This document shows, in pieces, positions 8,174 to 17,878 of a stretch of 17,878 nucleotides of DNA. The stretch is taken from positions 1 through 17,878 of the forward strand of contig CDMY01000813.1 of NCBI GenBank assembly GCA_001179505.1. Reading direction: 5' to 3'. Source of the stretch: Vitrella brassicaformis CCMP3155 (Eukaryota; Protista; Chromerida). The notes below the pieces were generated by a model. That model did not search any database. It was not told the origin of the DNA and saw only the letters and a program-made list of their open reading frames with translations. Numbering within the stretch: the stretch's first letter is position 1; every line of letters begins with the position of its first letter. Both the position numbers and the translations under genes were made by a program.

Positions 8174-10368
8174 TCACAGATTGGGGTCAATCATCGCAAT
8201 GAGGAACTGAGGGTTCTGGTGCAGCCACAGCGCCGCCCTCCACATGCCCACCGACACCGCCAGTATGCCGCACCACAACACCCCGTCGTTCCCCCATATC
8301 GGCAGCTCAGACCCCTTTTCCCCCAAGTACAGACACAGAAAGGTGATGGCAGTGTTCTTCAGACTCTCGATGCCGTAGAACGACCCTGCTCACACACGGA
8401 GGGAGACACGCAAATTCTGTGTGCTATGTATGTGTCTCCCTGTTTGTCATCTGTCATCCCAGTACCAGTGAGGATGCCCATGAGCAGAGAGGCGACCATG
8501 CCCCCCTGCCACCTCATATATCGCGTCTTGGCGCGCCAGGACACCCTCCCGAACGGCTCCCCCTCCCTGCCACCGCCGTCGTCAACCAGAGAGAAGTGCC
8601 GGCTGCAGAGGATCAGCATGCCCAGGTAATACCGATGCGACCCGAGAACCATAAGGCCTGTCCCTGCAATCACGTGCACACAGGCAAGCAGATGGAGAGA
8701 CACGCAGACTCTGGGCTCACCGAAAGGGCTTAAAAGGTCATCCAGCGTTCGACATGATGCGGCCAGTGGTGCGGGCAGGGCCCGGTCGGTCATGCTGCGG
8801 GCCACTCGAAGGATGATGTAGGTCATGTTGAAGCAGAAGGCGAAGACGACTGTCCTTGCAAGGTCCTTTTCGCTCTCCCACCCTATGCACCAGCACAGCC
8901 CGTAGCACCGCACGAAGGCGCCTGACCACCACCACCAACACACACACAGCCACACACATGGCATCCATCACTCAATGCCTCCATCCCATCCATTGCTCCT
9001 CCTCCCCAGCCTACCAAGCACCCCGAAGAGTGTCCATATGGCGAGGAATCCCAATAACTGCGAGTCGAGGGCGACAGCCACCGGCACGAGCATCAGCGTC
9101 AGAAAGCCATTGAGCACCGGGCCGAGGTACTTGCTCTCCGCATCAGGTGGGCTGTGCAGCTTCAGGGAGAAGATGAAGGCCGGGATGGCCAGCATGCACC
9201 CCGTCAGCGCCACATACACGGGCACCGTGGACGTGCTCACATGGAACAGACGCAGTGCCGTCTCCTCGGTGCGACGCTCTGCCGTCTGCTCGTCGAGGGC
9301 CTCCTTGATGCAGTGGCCATGCACGATGAAGAGAAGGCAGATGTAGTAGGCCAGCAGCTCGAACAGGGGTCGGCTGAGTAATAGCAGGGGGTACACCAGG
9401 TGCTGCCACACTGCTCGTGCCAGGGTCAGCAAGACCGTTGCCAGCGGGTGCAGCAGGTAGTAGACCACAGGCCCCAGTGAGCAGGCAATCCCAAGGATGG
9501 CCAGCGCCCACATGACGTTGACGAACGAGAAGAGGCCCCTCACCCTCTCCCATATCATCTTCTTGCCCGCTTCCTCCTCCTCGCCCCGCTTGATGAGATG
9601 GCCTATCCCCCACATCTCATCGGCCGTCAGCCTGTCCCTGCTGCCCACCAGCTCTGTGGCACGCTCCAGCACCGGCTTGCAGCCGCCCCTGTCATCCGAC
9701 ACACAATCAGCGTCTTCGCCATGCTCTCTGAGATGCTCTGCCAGCTGCCCCAACTCAAATGCCGTCGTTCGGTTGACGGACAGCAGCAAAGACTGCAACA
9801 CGGCCTCCCTGCTTGGCTCTGCTGTTTCTTTCCCCTGGGGGTAGAAGGGCCTGGGTGAGAGGAGGTAGGGCAGAAAGGGGCGCTTGTTGACCACTGTCAG
9901 CCACACACCCACCAGAAAGACTGCGGAGTGGAGGGAGGGAGGGGACAGGCGGAAGGCAAGCGGGCATGCAGGATGCTGTTGTGTTGTGTGCTGTTGTGTG
10001 TGCTGTTTGCATACGTGAGGGCACCACAAAGGGCCTGAGGAGCACCGGCATCAGAGAAAAGACTCGAGGATTAAAAGATGGTCGACGTAAGTTGTTGCTC
10101 TCGAGGCTAGTGGGGTGGTGTCGGTCTTGAGAGGCGAGCTGGAGTGGAGGAGCCGACGTAAATTCGACGTCAATGTTATCCAACGGAGTGGTCCCGAGTG
10201 TCTCCTTCCCTCCCTCCCTGCGCAAAACGACACACTGAGGCGAGTAAGTCAGGGCCACGATTGAAGAACGTGCTCTGCAGCTGCGATAACGTACACGCAA
10301 CGAACGAACGGATCAGAGCACTCAGATCACCCTTTGGTGCCCGAGATGCTCTCCACCCACTCACTCAT
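8174..10368 (-). CDS. Uncharacterised polytopic membrane protein (~585 aa, roughly 11-13 hydrophobic segments), 6 exons
   Basis: Exons 10368-10331, 10217-10015, 9920-9015, 8921-8721, 8663-8466, 8385-8174 total 1758 nt, in frame, all GT-AG. An alternative start is ATG 10051. Hydrophobic segments include VVPSLFLVGVWLTVV, GLFSFVNVMWALAILGIACSLGPVVYYLL, LLAYYICLLFIV, VALTGCMLAIPAFIFSL, LLGFLAIWTLFGVLG, NTAITFLCLYLGEK and VLWCGILAVSVGMWRAALWLHQNPQFLIAMIDPNL*. I cannot name a family with confidence. Confidence 0.82.
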
Positions 10369-10556
10369 GTGTCGCACACACCTACACAAGACCAGCAGTG
10401 CGAGAAACCAACAACACGGCACAGCGCTGACTGACAGCGCTGACTGACTGACACACGCCATGACCGCATGCGTCGAATCGACACGAAAGAGAGAGACCTT
10501 TACAGGACAGTAGAGCAGACAGACGACAAGGCATTCCAATCAGTCACACGCGCGCC

Positions 10557-10596
10557 TCCATCCATCCATCCATCCATCCATGTATGTGTGTGTGTG
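10557..10596. repeat. (CCAT)n plus (TG)n simple repeats just downstream of the ABCC stop codon
   Basis: tccatccatccatccatccatccatgtatgtgtgtgtgtg read directly. Confidence 0.85.
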
Positions 10597-10607
10597 CACG
10601 TATGGCT

Positions 10608-13600
10608 TCACCACCAGGCGTGCATGGGGTCAAGCATTGCGGCGGAAGACACACGCCTCGCATGTTCCAGGGCCTCCTGCAGCGTCAGCATCGGCGGCTC
10701 GGGCGGCGGCCCGACGAACTCGTCGAAGGCTTCTGAGGGGAAGCTCTCGAGATCCTCCTCGCTGCCGTCTTCGTGGCTGCCCGCCATGCTGAGGGTGCCC
10801 ACAAAGTCGTCGAACCCTCCGAGAGCACTCTCGTCATCGGCCGTGTGTGGTGTGGGTGTGGCCATGGCAGTGCCACCGCTGACGAGCGGGAAGAAGGGGC
10901 TCGGGTGATGGGGGTCGTGATGGTCAAGGGACGATGCGACGGTGCTGGGTGTGGAGGTGCGGGTGGTGGACTGCGTGTGGCCTCCTCCTTTGGCGGAAAC
11001 AGAGGGGGAGGGGCCGGCCGCTGCCCGGAGAGTGAGAGCGAGTTCCCTCAGGCGCGTCACTCCGTCGGTCCCCATTTGGCTGACTAACTGGTGAAAGGAC
11101 GACTCGGGATTGTCCAGCAGCACCACTGGATCGTCATACTCGACCACCTGACCCCTGCAGGCAGGCAGCAAGGACCACACACAGAGGGGCAAGTCAGTGG
11201 GTGCCAGCCTGCATAGGCCTCTCACGGCCTGCCTTCTTACTTATCAAGCAGGAGAATGCGATCACAATGGAGAATCGTTTCGATGCGGTGGGCAACTGCA
11301 ACACACACGCACCACAAGGACAGCAGCATCGGTCCAGAAAAAATGGCTATGCCGCCGATCTGCTCTCCCGTCGTACTTACTGGTAATGGTCGTAATGCGG
11401 CTGAAGCTGTCTCTGTAGATAGATAGACAGACAGACAGACAGGCAGGCAGACAGAGAGAAAGACCCCTTTCTCAATTTCTCTCCATCTACCTTCTTTCCC
11501 GTGTGCTGTGTGTGGTTGCTCGCTCACCGGATCGTTTGCTGGATGAGCAGGTCGGTGTCGGTGTCGACGGACGCCGTGGCCTCATCCAGCATGACGATCT
11601 TTGCATCACGCAGGAGGGCCCGACCGATGCACAGCAGCTGCCTCTGGCCGATCGAGAGACTCCCACCGATAAGAGCATCCAGCTCGCCCGGTAGACCTTT
11701 GACGACCTTCGCCAGATGCACGCGACGCAGGACCTCCCACAACTGACCAAGTGAGATACAAGACGGAAATCTGACAGCCATGGGCCATCCATCCATCAAA
11801 TGCACTTGACCTCTTGTACCTTTTCGTCAGAGTGTTGGCTCAGCGGGTCCATGTTTTCTCGCAACGAGCCGCTGAAGATGACCTGTTGACAGACAGACAG
11901 AATTAACACTCAACAGATGGCCAATGAAGACACACGCGCAGTCATTCCCCGCCAACACACGCAGCGACCCACCGGATCTTGAGGGATGACTGCCAGTCGG
12001 CTCCTCAGGTGATGTAACCCCATCCACCGCACATCAACACCATCGATGCTCACGCCGCCATCGCTGACTTCCACCATCCGGAACAATGCCTGCAGGCGGA
12101 AATCACACACATCGGCCGGCCACCATCAATCCATCCACGAGTGATAGTGTATTCTTTATGCCGCTCACCTGCAGGATGGAGCTCTTGCCAGCACCTACAT
12201 GTAATCAGCGACACAGCACACATCGCGGGCAATACACTGACAATGCACAAGAGAGCCTGTTCGTCTGTCCCTTCTACCCACCTGTGCGTCCGCAGATGCC
12301 AATCTTCTCTCCGGGCCTCACTGCAAATGAGAGTCCCCTCAGGACGGGCTGCAGATCAGGGCGGTACTTGAGCCACACACCATCAAACGACACGTGACCA
12401 CAGGACGGCCAGGTGGCAGGGGGCTCGATTGCCGCATCACGACGACCTTCCTCTCGCTTGCCATGAGGGAGCGGCATTTGCTGCGTCCAGCGGCTGAGCA
12501 CAGAAGGCGGGGGCATCAGCAGGGGGCGATGGGCTGGTGCCTCGCTTGGTGTTTCTTGCAATTGCATGAGCCTCTCGGCACATGTCATGCAGTCCTCGGC
12601 ATCAGCGATGCAGCGCACGAGCCACGTGAGGGTGTATGCTGCCTGCAGAATGTAAGTCAGGGCCAGCCTGCAGCAAGGAGCCAGACAAAGAAGCAGAGGA
12701 TAACACTCGAGAATCTCTCTCTGTTGCGCGCACCCAGCAAGCGTGGGGTCGATCGTTTCTGGCTGAATGGCGTTCAGGAAAACAAACATCAGTGATGTGC
12801 TGAACACCGCCAGCGCCGCAAGGCAAGAAAGACGCAATTGTAACCTGCACACGGCACGCACACGCAAACAAGCGCAAACAGAATGGCGAAACAGAAGACT
12901 AGAAAACGAGTGTGCTGGCGCTCCAGCCTGAACAAGTGCAGATCCGCCCACCACAGCCGAAGCATCCATGCGGGAAGAAAACAGCTGCCATTGCCATCGA
13001 GTCGTTGCTTCAGGAGGGTGAAGAACATCTGATTTGAGAGAAGGGCTCAATAAGTGCGACAGCGCTGAGGTTGAGCAGACTTACGTCCTCCATATGGAAA
13101 GCGCGGATGGTTTGGAGGCCTGCCACAGGAAACGAAAGAAGTGCGTCAAATCTCCTTTTGAGCATGAGATTCGTAACACCTTTCATGGTTTCTTCGACCA
13201 AGGAGACTATGGGTGATCTCGTCGCTCCCTCCAACCGTCTCAGCTGACGGGACGAAGCGCGATAATACTGCAGCCACGCACAAGCAGCAGCCACGTATGA
13301 GCAGCATGGCTTCAGTAAGTCATTCTCACGCACCCTTTGCGTGTAATAGAGCATGCAGAGCAGAGGCAGGAGTGCGATGAGGAACCACGCATTGGAAACG
13401 GCGGACACCGCGATGATGGCTATCAGGCGAGAGAAATTTCCCAGCACCTAGGAGAACGTGGAAAGGACAAGCGGTCGATGATATCATCGATTCCGTCTTC
13501 GAAATCCTTACACCATAGAGAAGGAGCGAGAGCAGAGAATCAAGCTGAGCACACATTCATCAGAAGCAGCGCCGACATTCGTTCGTTGAACTTTACCACC

Positions 13601-16600
13601 TGTCTGCTATCCTTGTCTGACCTTGTCCAGGTCTCCACTAAAGCGATTGACTATGCGACCAACAGGTGTCACGTCGTAGAAGAGGTTCACAGGGGCTCTC
13701 AATACGGACGCAAACGTGCGATTATGCAGGATTCTGAATGGAAAATATAGATTCACTTTGCTTGCCCTTGAGATTCCTCGATTGCCTTACCTTGCTATCG
13801 CTGTATAAGCACACACCAAAACTCCATCTTTTAGAAACATAACGACAATGGTGCCGAAGCAGAGCAGCGCGTAGAATCCAACCCAATAGAACAGAGACGC
13901 TTCATGCGAGTCGGTGGACCAGTAAGAGCACTTCATGCTCTGATCAACGACCTCATTTGAGCCACTGGAGCAACTGGCCCAGTATGCAGGCCACCTGAGT
14001 CAGCGAGGACAAACAAGCGAAAGAATGCTCGAATGACATGCGCTCCCTGGCCGAGTTCCCGTGGCTGTCGTCTCTACCAGTCTATCAGAACATTGCCAAC
14101 GTCGACGAGAGAAAACAAAAGAAGCAGTAACCTGAACGATGAAATCGTATTTGCCAGCCTTCTATGATATGCCAAAGCCTACTCACTCACCCGACTAACT
14201 GCGCCACTCTGAGCCACGACTGTCGCTCAAAGGTCATGGAGACAAGCCGCACATACGCACTGACCTAGAGCCACAGCCATGGATGAAACATACATGACTG
14301 TGGCCAGAGATGAACCATCTATGGAATCGCGGTACCTTGATAGACTCTATAACGATGTCTTCCTTTGTGATAAGCTTGCTCAGCCGTTGATTCATGGTGC
14401 TGCTCCTGCGACGCAAAATTCGCTGATTCTTCTGATAGATCGCCATGTCCGTCTTCATGGATTGGAGAGGGTGTACAGGAGGGCCCATAGTAACATCTTC
14501 TTCGTTGAATGAAACAAAAGACGGACGACGCATGAGATCGTTGTAAGAACAGATGGTGTCGATCTGGCCGTCCTTCAGCAAAACAATCTACAAGCGTGAT
14601 AAAAGCAGAAAGCGGTGACATGACAGTGTGCAAGACATCGGATTTATACAATTATCCTAACCTTGTCTGCGTGCTGGAGCAGGTGATAGTGAGAGTTAAG
14701 AACAAGAAGGCGTGTTTTGTTTCTCAGCAGGCCATTAATCGCGTCATCAAAAAGCTTGCGAGCCACACGAACATCTACAATCAGACGGGTAGAACGACAT
14801 AAAGGCAACATGCAGTCGTCGTCTGTCGCTATAAGGGTTTTCTAGTTTTGTAAGTCTCACCTACAGCTGACAGAGGATCATCAAGCAAGTAGATGGAGCA
14901 CCGGTCCATACAATAAAGCGCTCTGAACACCCAACCGACACATTATCACTCTTGTCGCCTCCGATTGTCTTCTTGCATACCTTGCGAGTGCGATCCTGCT
15001 TTTCTGTCCTCCACTGAGAGTGATGCCACGCTCGCCGACCTCCGTCAGATCGCCGTCGGGGAGCGCTTCAATGTCGGTCAAGAGCTGAGAGGCTACCAGC
15101 ACGTCATCATACTTGGACTCATCAAACTCGGACTGTAGGCAATAAACATACACTCAGTCCGTGCCCCTGGACGTGCTTCATGAACTGTAGTTTTAAGATC
15201 TACCTCGAAGACGATGTTCGCTTGCAGAGTCGCATTCCGAAGCCACGGCTCCTGACAGAAGAAGAAACACGTTTGTGGAAGCTCTCGGTTGAACTACAGA
15301 CAAAACACCTGGCTAACAAATGCAAGTGATTCAGGCACTCTAAGTATGCCTATGATCGGTGAAAGCACTTATTGCCAATATATCCACTGTATCGCTCTTG
15401 ATTAATGTCCTACCCCGTGTTTGATATAATTCTCCTAGAAGAGCCGAGATAAGCGCTGTCTTGCCTGACCCGACCGACCCCACAATGCAAAGCAGTTCAC
15501 CCTCCGCTACCTGCCATAAATGACAAGACAAAAGACTATGCCGCGTCGTATGTAAAGCGCATTCGCAGCCCTCACTTGCCTGAAGGTTCACGCTCTGCAG
15601 ACAGGGCTTGGGTGGTTGTGTGGCGCCTTCGCATATGTTATTGAAGCGCGGAAGAGCCCACCAAAACTCGCCATCAACGATTTCCACCACCATTTTTTTC
15701 ACCCCCTCACTGTTGCGATAAGTCGAGGAACATACAGGCAATGTGGTGAAGGCCGGAGCGACATCTTTTTTGTTCTCGTCTCCTGCTGGCGTCCGAAGAA
15801 AGCGCTGTATACGGGCGACAGATGCGAGACCCATCATGAAGTTGCTGCGAAAAAGGGAGGAACAGACAAAACGCGTGTGGGAAAAGGGCTGCGACGTGAC
15901 AGGCATTCACTCACCCAAATCCGAGAGCCCAAATATAGAGAGGACCCGTAAGTACACCCACAAATGCCAGCACCTAGTCATACATCAGACATTCACGCAT
16001 ACACAGAGAGAGACAATGACGCCTTGATTTCTGCCAACCGTAAAAATTTGCTCCAGAGACAGCTCGTCGGTCAGCATTATGTGCAGCACAAAAGCCACAG
16101 GAGGGAAGAGCACTGAAAATGCAATATACACACAGAGAGCACTTGAACAGAGAAATGTGCAAGTGATTTAATTGGTACGCGGGCCAACTCGGAGAGTATC
16201 CTGTGGAGAACAGCGAGAAACAGCGTATTCCCTTCGATCAAGCACATATGATATTCTGGCTCACGAATTGACTGATTGAGACGAGAAGAAGGCGAGCCAG
16301 CTGCCGAACTTCTGATGTCCGTATCTCCGCTACTCGCTCCTGAAGGGGTGACTCCCACGCATACCTGCAATGAGCAGCGCAAAAACGAAGGTGCCTCGTG
16401 ATATCCAGCCAGCGCCACTTGCTGCTTACAATTTGACGATTCTGATTCCTGTCAGCATGTCAGTCTGTAGGCTGATTCGTGCTGAACCGAATTTGAGCAT
16501 CTCAAGACGTATTCGACCTGGAAATCCACACAAGAGCATGATATGTGTCACATATGCAAAGCCTCTGTTACTTCCCGCACCTCGCCGTTTTGCCAGCTGC

Positions 16601-17752
16601 GCACCCAAGAAGACGAGAAGGAGTAGCAAAGCTATTCCTGGGACTGCGCTGATGCCTATCTCACGTATCAGCAGGACCATCGTGACGATGAACATGACGG
16701 GGGTGATCCACATCCAGTGCAACAGCTGCACGCCAAGCCACAGAGCCTCAGCATCCACGGCCCTATGAACAACAAGCCAGTCCCGCAGTCTCCAGATCAA
16801 ATGGGAGTGGCCTTGCCTTCTTGGTGTGTCTTTGCATACACGTGTGTGACGATATCTCCTGTGTCGACTGCGGCCCTCTGGAAGCTTGCAAGTGTTAGGG
16901 CCTTCCGGTACACCTCAAGTGTTACAGCTGACCGGGCCCAGACACCAAGCCTGATTGACACAAATGAACCAATCAATGAAGAGGTGCAAGGGTGAGGAGG
17001 TCGACCACACCCTCTCACCTGACTAAATGGTACTCGACACAGCCCTGGCTAGATGCAGCGACAAGCTGCGATGCAAGGAGTCCGCTCGCCAGCCACAGGC
17101 CGCGTTGCCACTCGGTGCTGCCGGACTGCAAAAGACAATGAAGATTTGTCTTCATCAGCAGTGGACGGTGAACCACCACATGCATGCTTCCCCATTGCCT
17201 TGCCTGGAGGAACGCCACAAGCTCTCTCACAAACAGGGGCGAGATGCAGCTGGCAACAATGTAGGGGACGCCCAGCACAGCACTCACCAACCACCTGAGG
17301 CCACAATAGGGTTTTGAAGACAGAACCGACACAAAGCGAGTTGTGACTGCATTACCTGCTCTTGAATGATGCCCAGAGTGCTGGGACGAGTGACTGCAAT
17401 CGCTCGTAGTTCGCGTGGAAGATCTTATCTGACAAACAGCAGGGCACACGATGCGTTCATGGCAGGACTCATCCTTGTTCACTCTCACCCGTCGCTTCGG
17501 CTTTGTGAACCGCCGGCAGGCCGTCAATGTCATCCTCTTGCAGTGGCCTCTTGACACCGAGCCGCAGCATCGGGTTGAGCCACGTGAAGAGCAATACCTG
17601 GTACCATCGCGCTTCATCCAAGCTGGAGGGACGATTCATACCATTCATTTGGTTCCTGCAGCAGCGGTTCCTGGGCCAACTACAGGGTGATGTTACGTGA
17701 AACGTAATAAAGCGTCGGATCACCGCTCCCCATCACTGGAATATCCGGTCAT
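10608..17752 (-). CDS. ABC transporter, subfamily C (MRP-like, TMD1-NBD1-TMD2-NBD2, no TMD0), ~1499 aa, 38 exons
   Basis: Exons (minus strand): 17752-17724, 17679-17489, 17428-17356, 17294-17204, 17125-17019, 16950-16840, 16762-16581, 16517-16430, 16364-16265, 16200-16179, 16112-16039, 15973-15915, 15844-15580, 15510-15414, 15349-15309, 15251-15204, 15132-14981, 14922-14861, 14774-14662, 14587-14336, 14264-14191, 14131-14078, 13994-13791, 13733-13622, 13544-13512, 13447-13334, 13267-13180, 13119-13085, 13028-12952, 12844-12734, 12667-12282, 12194-12169, 12089-11973, 11882-11820, 11742-11528, 11412-11381, 11295-11241, 11154-10608; total 4500 nt, in frame. Motifs: lasso [22 protein letters not shown]; NBD1 [49 protein letters not shown]; TMD2 [17 protein letters not shown]; NBD2 [42 protein letters not shown]. 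The first exon (ATG 17752) is tentative. Confidence 0.93.
11415..11458. repeat. (GATA/GACA/GGCA)n tetranucleotide repeat in ABCC intron 35
   Basis: gtagatagatagacagacagacagacaggcaggcagacagagag read directly; (CTGT)n on the sense strand just before the acceptor. Confidence 0.85.
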
Positions 17753-17878
17753 CCATCCGCGGATCAGATCCCTTTTGCATTCTTCTCAGCATCCGATTGA
17801 TTACCAATGGCGACGAGTTGGCGTTCTGTTTTGCATCACTGGGCGGCCGCCGCTCCCCAGGAGGATGCTCTGGTGTGG

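Noticed and set aside
11528-11742. Degenerate NBD2 signature (LSIGQRQ) as a sign of pseudogenisation
   Set aside because: An asymmetric, degenerate NBD2 signature is normal for ABCC transporters, and the reading frame is intact across all 38 exons.
13010-17752. Treating the lower-GC region as a separate gene or inserted mobile element
   Set aside because: Its exons splice in frame into one continuous ABCC protein with the 3' half, and no transposon hallmarks are visible.

Overview
Gene-dense, intron-rich eukaryotic genomic DNA. GC-rich exons and short introns full of (TG)n/(CA)n/(GGAT)n repeats suggest a chromerid alveolate such as Vitrella; this is an inference. By manual splicing I reconstruct six protein genes. 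(1) An intronless, signal-peptide-bearing ORF on the minus strand that runs off the left edge (871->1), resembles a type I periplasmic-binding/Venus-flytrap domain, and is missed by the ORF track. (2) tRNA m1A58 methyltransferase catalytic subunit TRM61 (-, 8 exons). (3) A NOL1/NOP2/Sun (RsmB/NSUN) RNA m5C methyltransferase (+, 9 exons), head-to-head with TRM61. (4) Proteasome alpha-1 subunit PSMA6 (+, 8 exons). (5) An uncharacterised ~585-aa polytopic membrane protein (-, 6 exons). (6) A full-length ABCC/MRP transporter (-, 38 exons, ~1499 aa). I found no RNA genes, CRISPR arrays or recognisable mobile elements. The most interesting signals are many introns with an AC-rich 5' half and a UG-rich 3' half that could fold back, four AG|GCAAG GC-AG introns among 64 modelled, a change in intron style and codon usage partway through the ABCC gene, the orphan membrane protein and the intronless receptor-like ORF. 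All exon coordinates come from hand tracing with frame checks and have no transcript support.
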